A DNA stretch of 64,000 nt from Candidatus Eiseniibacteriota bacterium (GCA_963725865.1 CAVSAC010000014.1:160001-224000); one strand, 5' to 3'; positions 1 through 10,989 are shown, numbered from the stretch's first letter. The notes: a model not told the origin generated them from the sequence alone. Program-made: numbers and translations.

Positions 1-597
1 GTTGCGCACCCACAGGTCGCCCCACGTCACGCCCGGCGCCCACTGCAGGTCCTGCACGCGGTCGGTGCCCTGCAGCATCATGCCGATGCGATCGAGCCCG
101 TAGGTCAGCTCGGCCGAGATCACCGGCAGCTCGAGCCCGCCGCACTGCTGGAAGTAGGTGAACTGCGAGATCTCGGTGCCGTCCATCCACACCTGCCAGC
201 CGAGGCCGGCGGCGCCCAGCGTCGGCGACTCCCAGTCGTCCTCGACCAGCCGCAGGTCGTGCTCGCGCGGGTCGATGCCGATCGCGCGGAGCGAATCGAA
301 GTACTGGTCCACCACGTCGCCGGGCGTCGGCTTGAGCAGCACCTGGTACTGGAAGAACTGCTGGAAGCGGTTCGGGTTCTCGCCGTAGCGCCCGTCCTTC
401 GGGCGGCGCGAGGGCTCGACGTACGCCACGCGCCACGGCTCGGGGCCGAGCGAGCGCAGGAAGGTCGCGGGGTTGAACGTGCCGGCGCCGACCTCGGACG
501 GGTACGGCTGCTGGATCACGCAGCCGCGCGCCGCCCAGAACATCTCGAGCGCCAGCATCATCTCCTGCAGCGAGCGGGCGGGCTTCAGGCCGTCCAA
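1..597 (-). CDS. glyQ: Glycine--tRNA ligase alpha subunit (3' end runs off the window)
   Basis: Manual translation [80 protein letters not shown] start at 597 with AAGGAGG RBS; absent from the ORF track. Confidence 0.95.
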   Translation of the reverse strand, partial: MDGLKPARSLQEMMLALEMFWAARGCVIQQPYPSEVGAGTFNPATFLRSLGPEPWRVAYVEPSRRPKDGRYGENPNRFQQFFQYQVLLKPTPGDVVDQYFDSLRAIGIDPREHDLRLVEDDWESPTLGAAGLGWQVWMDGTEISQFTYFQQCGGLELPVISAELTYGLDRIGMMLQGTDRVQDLQWAPGVTWGDLWVRN

Positions 598-610
598 CGC
601 ATCCTCCTTG

Positions 611-1375
611 TCACGATGCCGATGGCAGTGAGCGCAGCAGCTCGAGCGAGCGCAGTCCCTGGAACCGCTGGAAGTGGTGCTTCAGGAAGAGCTCGACGAC
701 GCGCAGGATCTCGCCGGAGCGCTTCACCTCGAGGTACGCGCCTGCCTCGGCGACCGGGCGCGCGAGCAACAGCGCCAGCCCCGCGAGCGCATCGGCCGAG
801 AGACGCACGACCCCGGGCTCGGCCGGCGCGCATCGGTCGCACAGCAGCCCGCCGAGCGCCGGCGAGAACAACCGCTCCTGCGCGACCGCGCCGCCGCACC
901 GGGCACACGCGTCGAGGCGGGGACGATAGCCCAGCAGGCTCGCGACTTGAAGCTCGAACGCGATGGTGATCGCCGGCAGCGCCTCGGGCGGCGCGGTCGC
1001 CACCGCTTCCAGCACCGCCACCAGCAGGTCGTACAGCTCCGGGTGCGGCTCCTCGCCCCACACCAGCCGGTCGATGATCTCGAGCGCGGCACTCGCGTGC
1101 GCGAGCCGCGTCAGGTCGATGAGGTCCATTCCCATCGGCGCCAGCGTCTCGGCGCGCGAGAGCAGGTGCAGGTCGCGGTCGCGCTTGAGGTACACCACGA
1201 AGCGCGCGCGCGTCAGCGGCTCGAGCGCGAATCCGAACCGGCTCGGCGTCTTGCGCGCGCCCTTGGCCACGAACTTGAGCAGCCCGTGCTCGCGCGTGTA
1301 GACCACCGCGATGCGGCTGGTGTCGCCGAGCGCGTGGTTCTTGAGGACGACGCCTTCGGTGGTGACGAGGGCCAT
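611..1375 (-). CDS. recO: DNA repair protein RecO
   Basis: [22 protein letters not shown]...VAKGARK; Zn motif CARC...LLCDRC; adjacent to glyQ. Confidence 0.93.
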   Translation of the reverse strand: MALVTTEGVVLKNHALGDTSRIAVVYTREHGLLKFVAKGARKTPSRFGFALEPLTRARFVVYLKRDRDLHLLSRAETLAPMGMDLIDLTRLAHASAALEIIDRLVWGEEPHPELYDLLVAVLEAVATAPPEALPAITIAFELQVASLLGYRPRLDACARCGGAVAQERLFSPALGGLLCDRCAPAEPGVVRLSADALAGLALLLARPVAEAGAYLEVKRSGEILRVVELFLKHHFQRFQGLRSLELLRSLPSAS

Positions 1376-1498
1376 GGCCGGGGGCCTGCGCGCTCCGGCG
1401 CGGCCGGGATGGCCGGGCGCGGGCGGCGCGAGGTGGGACAGTGTAGCGGAGTGCGATGGAAGGCGCCCGGAGGCGGGCGCGCCGACGCCCGGCGCGGT

Positions 1499-1526
1499 GA
1501 TGGCCGGCCCACGCGGGCCGGCCATC
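1499..1526. terminator. GC-rich hairpin downstream of the NmrA-family gene
   Basis: GATGGCCGGCCC-ACGC-GGGCCGGCCATC, perfect 12 bp stem; no U-tract. Confidence 0.45.
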
Positions 1527-1545
1527 GAGCGCCCTGCGTTCGGGG

Positions 1546-2499
1546 TCAGGCGACCGGCGCGAGGCTCTTCTGGTTCGCGGCGAGGAACGCGTCGAAGCTC
1601 TGGAGCTTCGGGTTCAGCGCGCGCGTGCGCGCCACGTCGCGCATGCCGAGCACGTCCTTCGCGCAGTCGTGATAGAACTGGAACATGTTGCCCATCTCCA
1701 CGGCGCCCGGGAAGCCGAGGCCGCGGTAGACGTCGAAGGGCACGTCCTGGAAGCGCACCGGCTGGCCGATCACGCGCGCGAACGCGGCCGCGAGCTGCGC
1801 TCCGGTGAGGTGATCGCTGGCGAGTCCGATCCGCTGCCCGGCGAGCGCCGACCCCTGGCGGAAGATCCCGTACGCGCAGCGCCCGATGTCCTCCGCCGCG
1901 ATACCGGCGAGCGCCCGCTCGCCAAGCGGCATCGCGAACGTGTAGGTGCCGTCGTCGCCGCGGCGCGGGCCGAGGCCGAGCTGGATGAAGTTGTCCCAGT
2001 AGAACGAGGCGAGCATGAACGTGGTCGGCACGCCCGAGTCGGTGAACGCCTGGTCCGCCTCGCCCTTGGCGTCGAAGTGGGGCACCTTGTAGTGCTCGAG
2101 CAGGTTGGGCATGCGAGGATCCGAGAGCGGGATGAAGCGCCGCGTGTCCTCGAGCGTCGACCAGATCGCGTGCCGCACGCCGGCCACCTTCGCCGCGCGC
2201 GCCATCGCCCGCGCGTTCGCCAGCTCGCGCTCGGGCGAGAAGTGCGCCCAGAAGAACGTCACGCAGTAGGCGCCATCGGCGCCCGCGAACGCGCGCTCGA
2301 GGCTCGCCGGATCGTCGAGATCGCCCTGCACCACCTCGGCGCCGCGCCGCGCGAACGACCGGGACTTCTCGGAATTCGGGTCGCGCGCGACGACGCGCGC
2401 GGTGAAGCCGCTGCCCGGATCGTCGAGGATGGCGCGCACCAGTCCGCCGCCCTGAGCACCGGTCGCGCCGACGACCGCGATGATCTTCTTCTCCGACAT
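1546..2499 (-). CDS. NmrA/HSCARG family NAD(P)-binding protein
   Basis: MSEKKIIAVVGATGAQGG Rossmann motif; VPHFDAK; GAGAGG RBS. Confidence 0.9.
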   Translation of the reverse strand: MSEKKIIAVVGATGAQGGGLVRAILDDPGSGFTARVVARDPNSEKSRSFARRGAEVVQGDLDDPASLERAFAGADGAYCVTFFWAHFSPERELANARAMARAAKVAGVRHAIWSTLEDTRRFIPLSDPRMPNLLEHYKVPHFDAKGEADQAFTDSGVPTTFMLASFYWDNFIQLGLGPRRGDDGTYTFAMPLGERALAGIAAEDIGRCAYGIFRQGSALAGQRIGLASDHLTGAQLAAAFARVIGQPVRFQDVPFDVYRGLGFPGAVEMGNMFQFYHDCAKDVLGMRDVARTRALNPKLQSFDAFLAANQKSLAPVA

Positions 2500-2642
2500 G
2501 GGGAATCCTCTCCGTGGGGGTCGAGCGGTGACGCGGCCGGGTGGGATGACCCCACCTCGGATGCGCCAACGGGTCGAATGGATCGCGAACGGTTGTGGGA
2601 GCGATGCGGCCGCGGACCAGGTCGGCGGCGCGCCGCGCGCCC

Positions 2643-3581
2643 CTACCGGTACTCGTAGGTGTAGACGCGCTCCTCGCGGCTCTCGACCTGGACCGGACCC
2701 TGGCCGGGGACGTCGGCGGTCATGCGGATCGTGCGCACGGAGGTCTCGCGCTCGATGAGCATGGTCGCCGGGTCGAGCACGCGCGTGGCCGAGCCCGAGA
2801 TCGCCGAGCCGCTCACGCCCATGCCGATCGAGTCCTGGCCGGACGCCTTCGCCACTCCGGCCGACAGTCCGCTCAACGTCCGGTCGAGCGCCTGCGCGTC
2901 GGCGTCGTAGCGGGTCTCGATGCGCACGCAGCGGCCGGCGCGGCCGGGCACCAGCGCCGCGAACCGGGTCACCATGGCGTACTGGATCGCCTGGCCGTCG
3001 GGCAGCGTGTAGGGCACCTGGGTGCGCACGCTGTCCCCGATCGCGACGCTCTTGCCCACGAAGTCGCCCACGCGGCCGTTCCACTCCGCGGTCTCCTTCG
3101 CGACCAGGGCCGCTTCGCTCAGGTGCGGGGCGAGGCGCTCGGCGACCTCGGCCGGCAGCTGCGCCTTCAACCGCGCCGCCACGGCGGCGAAACCGTCGAT
3201 CCGCGTGATCCGGCCGGCGCGCGTGAAGTGATAGGTGAACGGCAGCTTCACCATCAGCTCCCCGATCGGATCCGGCACCCGCTTGCCGTCGCGCTCGAAG
3301 ACCACCGACAGCGTGGTCTCGGCCAGCGCGTAGCCGTCCCCCTCGCGGCGCATCGCGATCGCCGCCCGCGTGACTCGGTGGTCGGCCTGCTGGCCGAGCC
3401 CGGCGAAGCGCTTCTCGGTGTTGGTGGTCAGCGTCTCGATGAACCGCGTCCCCGGCGGCGGCGCGAACCGGAACGTGATCCGCGCGGCCGAGGTGGCGGG
3501 GCTCGCGGCCCTCGCCGGCGCGGCGGGCGCGAGGGTCAGCAGCACCAGGGCGATCCCGCCCGCGACCGACCACGTTCTCAT
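2643..3581 (-). CDS. Exported hypothetical protein
   Basis: Signal peptide MRTWSVAGGIALVLLTLAPAAPARA; beta-rich body; start overlaps the upstream stop (ATGA). Confidence 0.7.
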   Translation of the reverse strand: MRTWSVAGGIALVLLTLAPAAPARAASPATSAARITFRFAPPPGTRFIETLTTNTEKRFAGLGQQADHRVTRAAIAMRREGDGYALAETTLSVVFERDGKRVPDPIGELMVKLPFTYHFTRAGRITRIDGFAAVAARLKAQLPAEVAERLAPHLSEAALVAKETAEWNGRVGDFVGKSVAIGDSVRTQVPYTLPDGQAIQYAMVTRFAALVPGRAGRCVRIETRYDADAQALDRTLSGLSAGVAKASGQDSIGMGVSGSAISGSATRVLDPATMLIERETSVRTIRMTADVPGQGPVQVESREERVYTYEYR

Positions 3582-4297
3582 GAGCGGCTCCCTGGCGCCG
3601 CGCCACCCCGCGGGGCGACACCGCCGTTGCCCGGGGGCTGCACCACGCCGCCCGAGACGATGACCTTCAGTCCGTCCTCGACCGACCAGTCGAGGAACAG
3701 GATCTCGCGGCGCGGCACGTAGTGGACGAACCCCGACGCGGGATTGGGCGAGTGCGGAACGAACACCACCTCGGTGTCGTCGCCGAGCTTCGCGCGCACG
3801 TCGGCCGGCGTGCGGCCGGTGACGAACCCGATGCGCCACATGCCGGGATGCGGCCACTGCACCAGCACCACGTGGCGGAACGCGGACTCGCCGCGCTTGT
3901 TGATGAGCGCCTCGCCCACCGACTTCACCGAGCCGTAGATGATGCCGATGCCCGGGATGCGCTGGAGGAAACCCTCCCACACGCCGAACAGCGACCGCGC
4001 GCCGAGCCACGAGGCCACCCAGCCCACCAGCAGCAGGAGCAGCAGCGTGGCGAGCAGACCGAGGCCCGGGATCGGCTGGTAGTGGAGCGGAGTCTCGGGG
4101 CGGACGACGCCGGTGATCAGCCCCAGCACGCTGTTCACGAGCCGCGGCAACAGCCCGTCCATCCAGTCCAGCATGCGGAAGAACACCCACAGCGAGAGCG
4201 CGGTGGGGCCGATCACGATGAGCCCGGTGAGCAGGTAGTTGCGCAGCCTCAGCATCAGGCGGCGGCGGTGCGAAGGATCGGGCGGCGTCGGGGTCAT
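3578..4297 (-). CDS. DUF502 domain membrane protein
   Basis: LRNYLLTGL, IPGLG, IYGSVK, VFVPHSPNPASGF, SVEDGLKVIVSGG motifs. Confidence 0.9.
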   Translation of the reverse strand: MTPTPPDPSHRRRLMLRLRNYLLTGLIVIGPTALSLWVFFRMLDWMDGLLPRLVNSVLGLITGVVRPETPLHYQPIPGLGLLATLLLLLLVGWVASWLGARSLFGVWEGFLQRIPGIGIIYGSVKSVGEALINKRGESAFRHVVLVQWPHPGMWRIGFVTGRTPADVRAKLGDDTEVVFVPHSPNPASGFVHYVPRREILFLDWSVEDGLKVIVSGGVVQPPGNGGVAPRGGAAPGSRS

Positions 4298-4413
4298 GAG
4301 GGGAGCGTGGTCCTTTCGAGCCGTGCAGCCTGCCGGAGCGCGGCCCCGCGGTCAAACCGGAGGTGCCCACGACGGTCGCCGCGCACGGCCCCGCGGCCGG
4401 CGCGCCGTGGCGC

Positions 4414-5340
4414 TCAGCGCACTTCGAAGCGGACCGGGATCTCGACCCAGGTGCGCACCGACTCGCCCCCGCGCCGCGCCGGCTGGAAACGCCAGCCCAG
4501 CACCGCGGCGACCGCGGCGGCGTCGAACGGCGCGCGGGCCTCGCGGGCGCGGGCCTCGGTGACGCGGCCGTTCTCGTCGACCAGCGCGAGCACGCGCACC
4601 TCGACCGGCCCGGGCCCCGGCGCATCGGGCGGCCACTGGGGCGGCCGCGTGACGAGCGCGCGCGGCAGCACGTCCACCGGGGTCGGCACCGCGAGCGGGA
4701 AGAAGCGCGCGCCGGTGTCGGCCGGCAGCGGTTCGGCCATCGCGACCGCCGCGAACGCCGAGTCGCCGGGCAGCGCGCGCTGCACCTGCGACAGCAGGTC
4801 CTGCGCGTGGGCGCCCAGGTCGATGCTCGCCGCCGGTCCGCCGTCGCCGAACACCTGCGCGCAGCGCGAGCCGAAGAACAGCAGCACCCCGACCTGGCGC
4901 CCGCTCGACTGGAACGTCACGCCGGCCGCGAAGTCGTCCGCGCTGTCGCCGGGCGCCGGCCGCGGCGAGCAGCGGCGCAGCGAGTCGCTCGGCCCCGCCG
5001 CGAACAGCGCGCGCGCGAACTCGTGTCCCCACGCGGTGTCGACCGCCGCCTCGGAGACGCTCTCGGTGCGGTAGCGCCGGTGCTCGCCCCCGCGCTCGTC
5101 GCGCACGCTGTAGAGCACCACGCGGACGTGCTGCACCGTGACCGCGTCGGCGGTGGTGAGGATGTCGCGCGCCTCGAGGTACGAGAGCGGCGCGGCGCTC
5201 GCCGGCAGGGCGGGCACGAGCAGCGCGGCGACCGACGGCAGCAGCGCGAGCGCGAGGGCGGTGGCCGTGAGCGCATGCCGCCCGGCGCGGCGGGCGTCGA
5301 GCGGCGACGAGGTCCTGCGAGGTCGGTGGGTGCGACGCAT
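4414..5340 (-). CDS. Exported protein with C-terminal TonB_C-like domain
   Basis: Hydrophobic N-terminus; C-terminal VLALVDENGRV...FDAAAVAAVLGWRFQPARRGGESVRTWVEIPVRF. Confidence 0.75.
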   Translation of the reverse strand: MRRTHRPRRTSSPLDARRAGRHALTATALALALLPSVAALLVPALPASAAPLSYLEARDILTTADAVTVQHVRVVLYSVRDERGGEHRRYRTESVSEAAVDTAWGHEFARALFAAGPSDSLRRCSPRPAPGDSADDFAAGVTFQSSGRQVGVLLFFGSRCAQVFGDGGPAASIDLGAHAQDLLSQVQRALPGDSAFAAVAMAEPLPADTGARFFPLAVPTPVDVLPRALVTRPPQWPPDAPGPGPVEVRVLALVDENGRVTEARAREARAPFDAAAVAAVLGWRFQPARRGGESVRTWVEIPVRFEVR

Positions 5341-5409
5341 GCGCGCAGTATCGCACGCGGGCGCCCGCGGCCACCCGCGCCGCCCGTCACGCCCGCCGTG
5401 CCGCGCCGT

Positions 5410-6841
5410 TCAGCGCAACAGGCAGACGCGCGCCAGCTTCGTCGCGCCGCCCTGGCGCAACCGCACGAAATACACCCCGGCGTGCGCCAGCTCGGGGAGC
5501 GCGACGAGGTGGCGCCCCGCGCCGGGCCCGCTCACGTCGCGCGTCGCCACCCGCCGGCCGCTCACATCCAGCACGTCCAGCGTCGCGGGGCCGGCGACCG
5601 GCAGCGCGATGCGCAGGCTCAGCGTGCCGACCGAGGGATTCGGGCCGTTCGCCTCGATCGCGAGCGCGACCGGCACCGACGCCGCGGAAGCGAACACGCT
5701 GTCCAGGGAACGCCGTCGTGGGCATCGAGCACGTGACCGTCGGACGCAGGCTGTGGTCGAAATCGAGCAGCCAGGTGTCGCCGAGATCACCGCCGTTGGC
5801 GTCGAGTCCTCCGTAGAGTGCGAACCGGCCGGAGGCAGGGTCGAACACTCCGGCGGAGGCGCTGCGCGCCGGCGGGCCCGACCCCACGGGCGAGAGCCGG
5901 CTCCACTGGGACGACCCACCGAGCCACAACTGCCATGCATCGCCTTGAGCGCGGCCATTCGCATCGCGGCCGAACAGGATCACGAGCCGGTCGTAGTACG
6001 GGTCGTAGAACGCGAGATGCTCGCCGCGCGCGGGCCCCGCCGAATCGAGCAGCGTCCAGGCGCTGTCGTCGAGCGAGAACGCCCAGGTGTCCCCGAGGCA
6101 GACGCGCACGCCCGACGCCAGCGTGTCGCCGCCGAACACGAGCAGCCGATCGCGGTGTGAGTCGTAGACCATGGTGTGGCCCGAGCGCGCCGCCGGGTGC
6201 GGCCCGGTCGGAGCGAGCGGACGCCATCCCTGGAAGTCCCGGTGCCACAGGTCGTCGAGCGGGCGCAGGGAGTCGGGCGGCTCGCCCGCCCGCGACCCAC
6301 GTCCACCGAAGACGTACATCGACAGCGAGCTCGGCGGTGCGCATGCCGCGTGGCCGACCCGTATCAGATCGGCAGGGACACTCGAGCCGAAGGACCAGTA
6401 GGACTCCTTCTGCGCCCGGAACGGCGCGAAGTACAAGAAGAACGTGTCGAAGCGCGGACTCAACGGACTCCCGCCCACCCGGGTCCACGACGTCATCGGG
6501 TACTGGTCGACGAACGTCGCACCCACGACGGGGTCGACGGGAGGCGCTCCCTCGCCGGGTTGTTCCCATTCCCAACCTGGCGTGTCGCCGAGCGCGAGCA
6601 GGCGGATCCAGTCGCGCGACACCGCGCGCCCGCCACACACGAGCATGCCGGCCGAGGAACTGCCGGGCCAGGTGAAGAGCGCCGCCGCGTGTCCGCTGTT
6701 CGGCGGCGGGTCGACGGGAAGCGGGGCGAGCCGCACCCAGCGGCCATTCAAGTCGGCGTGGGCGGCGCTCGCGCGGGCCACGATCAGCAGCGCGATCGCG
6801 GCGGCAGTGCAGAGTGCGCGGCGGGTGAAGGAGACGAACAT
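5410..6841 (-). pseudogene. Secreted Kelch-repeat protein with T9SS/FlgD-like C-terminal domain, frame break near 5700
   Basis: Signal peptide; Kelch repeats (RSGHTMVYD..LLVFGG..GDTW); the CTD GPNPS...LDVLDVSGRRV...GVYFVRL is in a different frame (5410-5964). Confidence 0.7.
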
Positions 6842-6988
6842 GGCGACCTCGCGGCGAGGGGCGCCCGGTCTTCGTGTACGCGTCGAGGCTAGTCCGCTCG
6901 CGGAGCCCGGTCAACCCGCGCGGCGGGGGCGGCGCGCGCATCGTGGCCGAGCGGGCGGCGGCGGCCGCTCCTCGCATCGGACCCGCGC

Positions 6989-7465
6989 TCACCGCGCGCG
7001 CGCCGCGCGCGCCAGCGCCCGGTCGAGCTGCGCGATCGCCGCGCGGCTGGCGCGCAGCGCCTGCTCCTCGCGCGCGCGCATGCGGATGCGCTCGTCGGCG
7101 TGCTGGTGGTCGAGGCCGGCCAGGTGGAGCGCGCCGTGGATCACCAGCCGCGCCAGTTCCCGGCCGACGCTGACGCGGAAGCGCTTCGCCTGCGCGCGCA
7201 TGCGGTCGAGCGAGACCACCAGATCGCCGTTGACCTGGCGCCCGCGCGTGGGCAGGTCCTCGTCGTACGAGAAGCTGAGCACGTCGGTCGCGCGGTCGAG
7301 ATGGCGCCACTGGCGGTTCAGCATGCGCAGGTCGGCGTCGTCGGTGAGCACGATCGCGATCTCGCCGGCGGCGCGCTTCTCCGGGACGAGCGCGGCCTGG
7401 ACCACCGCGCGCAGCGGAGTGGCGAGACCGCGGATGTCAGGCGGGGTCGCGACGGAGATCGGCAT
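6989..7465 (-). CDS. ybeY: rRNA maturation RNase YbeY
   Basis: LNRQWR..DRATDVLSF; HGALHLAGLDH metal motif; phoH-HD-ybeY context. Confidence 0.93.
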   Translation of the reverse strand: MPISVATPPDIRGLATPLRAVVQAALVPEKRAAGEIAIVLTDDADLRMLNRQWRHLDRATDVLSFSYDEDLPTRGRQVNGDLVVSLDRMRAQAKRFRVSVGRELARLVIHGALHLAGLDHQHADERIRMRAREEQALRASRAAIAQLDRALARAARAR

Positions 7466-9664
7466 CGGGGCGGGCGGCCTTCTTGCGCGGATCCTCGGGG
7501 TACGGCGCGCGCACGTGGAAGATCGCGGTCAGCACCGGGACGAACGACTCGCGGATGCGCGCGAGGTCCTGCAGCGTGAGGCCGCACTCGTCGAGTTGCC
7601 CCTGCTGCACGCGCTCCTCGAGGATGCGCGTCACCAGCCCGCGGATGCGGCTGGGCGTCGGCTCCGCGAGCGCGCGCGAGGCGCCTTCGACGCCGTCGGC
7701 GAGCATCAGGATCGCGGTCTCGGCGGAGCGCGGCTTGGGCCCGGGGTACGAGAAGTCCTCGGCGCGCGCGATCGGGTCGGTCTCGAGCGCCTTGTGGTAG
7801 AAGAACGCCATCACCATGGTGCCGTGGTGCTCGGGAATCGCGTTCTGCACCGCGCGCGGCAGCCGCTGGCGGCGCGCCATCTCGAGCCCCTCGCTGATGT
7901 GCGACTTCACGACCAGCGTGCTCATGCTCGGCGTCAGCCGCTCGTGGCGGCTGCGCGTGGTGGCGGGCTCGTTCTCCGCGTAATACTCGGGCTTCGCCAG
8001 CTTGCCGATGTCGTGGTAGTAGGCCTGCACGCGCACCAGCAGGCTGTTCGCGCCGATCGACTCGGCCCCGGCCTCGGCCAGGCTGCCCACCACCATGCTG
8101 TGATGGTAGGTGCCGGGCGCCTCGAGCTGCATGCGCTTGAGCAGCGGGCGGTTCAGGTCCGACAGCTCGAGCAGCGTGATGTCGCTGGTGAGCCCGAACA
8201 ACTGCTCGACCGGCGGCAGCAGCAGGAATGCCAGCGAGACCGACAGGAACGCGTTCGCCGAGCCCCACAGCAGGTCGCGCAGCAGCGCCTCGAGCGCGGT
8301 GACGCGCGCCAGGTCCCAGGCCAGGATCGCCGCCACGTGAGCGAGCGCGATGGTGAAGAACGCGCGCGCGAAATGCCAGCGGTGGCGCAGCCGCGACACC
8401 GAGTACACGGCGACCACGCCGCCCATCATCGCCACCGGCACGAACGAGCCGCGCAGCTCGCTCACCGACATCGCGACCACGCTCAGCATCAGCGTGAACA
8501 CCAGCGCGGGGCGCTTCTCGAGCAGCGAGGCGATCACCAGCGGCGCGAGCGCGAGCGGAACCGTGAACTCCGAGAGCCCGAACTGGTTCACCAGCAGCTC
8601 GGCGCTGCCCAGCACCACCGCGGTGAGCAGCGTGAACATCGCGAGCATCGAGTTGTCGCGGTAGACCGCCGGCAGCTCCATGCGCAGGTAGGTGGCGAAC
8701 ACCGCGATGAACAGCAGCATGAGCAGCATCCGCGCGACCGGCGGATACAGGAACTCGGTGCGGCTGCGGCGCGCCTCCTCGAGGTTCGCGAGCGAGCGCA
8801 GCTTGAGCAGCGCGTCGCGCGTGACGCGCTGGTTGGCGTCGACGATCAGCTCGTCCTTCTTCACGAAGCCGACGGTCGACGGCACCACGCCCTGCGCCTG
8901 CACGCGCCGCCACTCGGTCTCGGCGCGGTCGGCCAGCACGTTGGCGACCACGAACGGCTGCGCCAGCTCGCCCGACAGCCGCACGCCGGCGGGTCGCCGC
9001 CGAACGCCGCGCGCGCGCGGCGCTCGATCAGCTCCTGCGCCTCGCCGCGGTCGTACAGCAGGCTCACGCCGCGCGCGGCCTCCTGCTCGCCGTCGCGCAC
9101 CTGGATCGTGTGGTAGCCCTGCACGGTGCCGCTGCGCTTCTCGGCCACCACGCCGGCCTCGTAGATCTCGTGCAGCCAGCCGCCCAGCTCGCGCAGCACG
9201 TGGCGCGCGCGACCCGAGGCGGCCAGCGCCTGGGCGCTCTCCTGGCTCAGCGGCACCCCGAGAGCGCGCAGCTTGAGCGCGCGCGCGTCGGGGCGCAGCA
9301 CCGGGTCCAGCACGATCGCCAGCGCGCGCTCCTGGAACAGCGCGAAGCGGTTGAGATTCTCGGCCGAGACGCGCGCGTCCACCACGAACACCGGCGGCAC
9401 CGCGGCCGCCGCCTGCTCCTGCTGGCGCCGCAGCGTGGTCTCGTCCTTGAGCACGCGGAAGTCGTACGGCGCGACCACGCGGTCGCGCGCGATGTCGCCC
9501 TCGTGGTAGCGCGCGTGCTCCACGTCGCCGCCGCCGCCCGGCAGCGCCGCCGCGAGCGCCAGCAGCGCCGCGACCAGCAGCAGTCGCACCGCGAAGTAGC
9601 CCCAGCGGAACGGGCGCGCACGGTCCGGCAGCGCGGGAACGGCGATGGATTCCTGGGTGCTCAT
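7437..9664 (-). CDS. 7TM-HD (HDIG) phosphohydrolase, PgpH-like; frameshift near 8985 (probable sequencing indel)
   Basis: Extracellular part in ORF 8861-9664; TM plus APGTYHHS, YYHDIGK, EHHGT, YPGPKP in ORF 7437-8984; adding one G restores the frame. Confidence 0.88.
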
Positions 9665-9683
9665 CGAGTGCCGGAGGGGCGCG

Positions 9684-10766
9684 CTACTGCAGCGGCGCGC
9701 TCGCCGGTCCCTCCGACGCGGACTGCGGCGCCGCCGGATGCTCGGGCGTCGCCCCGGCGGCGGGCGGCGCCGCCGGATCGAGCGCGTCGCCGACGCCGTC
9801 CTCGGCCTTGCCGTTGGTGCGCGCGTGGTACTCGTCGAACGCCTTGATGATGTCGCGCACCAGCCGGTGGCGGACCACGTCCTCGGGATGGAAGTAGATG
9901 AACTTCACCCCCGACAGCTCGCCGAGGATGGTCTGGATGCGCACCAGTCCCGAGGAGGCCGGGTCCTTGAGGTCGATCTGCGTCACGTCGCCGGTGATCA
10001 CCGCGCGCGAGTTCACGCCCATGCGGGTGAGGAACATCTTCATCTGCCGCACGGTGGTGTTCTGCGCCTCGTCGAGGATCACGAACGAGCTGTGCAGCGT
10101 GCGCCCGCGCATGAACGCGAGCGGCGCGATCTCGATCACGCCCAGCTCGATGTAGCGCCGCATCTTGTCGTACGACATCAGGTCGGCGAGCGCGTCGTAC
10201 ATCGGGCGCAGGTAGGGATCCACCTTCTCCTGCATGTCGCCGGGCAGGAAGCCCAGGCTCTCGCCCGCCTCGACCGCCGGGCGCACCAGGATGATGCGAT
10301 CGACCTTCTTCGCGCGCAGCGCGTTCACCGCGGCCGCGACCGCCAGGTAGGTCTTGCCGGTGCCGGCGGGCCCGATCGCGAACACCACGTCGTGGTCGGC
10401 GAGCGCCTTGAGGTAGTCCGCCTGGGTGGGCGTGCGCGCGCGCACGCTCTTGCGGTCGAACGACCAGCCCGGCGCGCCCTGGTAGGAGTCCGCGAGCGTG
10501 CCGTTGCCGTTGCGGCGCGTCTGCCCCAGCGCCGTGGCGACGTCGGCCTCCTCGACCACCTTGCCGCGCTCGGCGAGCTGCACCAGCTCGACCAGCGCCT
10601 TGGCGGCGGTGCCGACCGGCTCGTCCTCGCCCGCGACCGTGATGGTGCCGTCGCGCAGCGTGATCCGGACCGGGACCGCGCGCTCGATCTGGCGCAGGTT
10701 CGAGTCGTTCTGCCCCAGCAGGATGATGGGATCGAGATGCTCGATGGGGAACTTGCGGACGATCAC
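9684..10766 (-). CDS. phoH: PhoH-like ATPase
   Basis: GPAGTGKTYLA, RPAVEAGESLGFLPGD, PLAFMRGRTL, DEAQN, DVVRH. Confidence 0.95.
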   Translation of the reverse strand: MIVRKFPIEHLDPIILLGQNDSNLRQIERAVPVRITLRDGTITVAGEDEPVGTAAKALVELVQLAERGKVVEEADVATALGQTRRNGNGTLADSYQGAPGWSFDRKSVRARTPTQADYLKALADHDVVFAIGPAGTGKTYLAVAAAVNALRAKKVDRIILVRPAVEAGESLGFLPGDMQEKVDPYLRPMYDALADLMSYDKMRRYIELGVIEIAPLAFMRGRTLHSSFVILDEAQNTTVRQMKMFLTRMGVNSRAVITGDVTQIDLKDPASSGLVRIQTILGELSGVKFIYFHPEDVVRHRLVRDIIKAFDEYHARTNGKAEDGVGDALDPAAPPAAGATPEHPAAPQSASEGPASAPLQ

Positions 10767-10769
10767 GTC

Positions 10770-10955
10770 AGCACCTCATCTCCCGATGAAACGCAAAACT
10801 CTTGACCGCGAAGACCCCAGGGGGCAGGGCCAGGTCAAGAGTGCCGACTGCTTCGGGATGGAGCAGTTCGTCGTGGTTCAACCGGAGTCCTCGCTGAGGC
10901 TTCGGTGTGTCTCGTGTGCTCGTGCCGACCTCCACTGATGCGACCGAGACGACAG
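10770..10955 (-). ncRNA. Putative structured leader RNA upstream of phoH
   Basis: Non-coding ~190 nt after a sigma70-like promoter; four consecutive hairpins, the last ACTCTTGACC...GGTCAAGAGT followed by TTTGCGTTT. Confidence 0.4.
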
Positions 10956-10960
10956 GCGGG

Positions 10961-10989
10961 ACGTTAGCATCGGGTCGGCGGAGCGTCAA
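10961..10989 (-). promoter_or_regulatory. Sigma70-type promoter for the phoH operon
   Basis: TTGACG-N17-TAACGT with extended -10 TG. Confidence 0.6.

Noticed and set aside
8861..8990. Programmed ribosomal frameshift in the 7TM-HD gene
   Set aside because: No slippery heptamer; one missing base explains it, consistent with the other indel-like breaks
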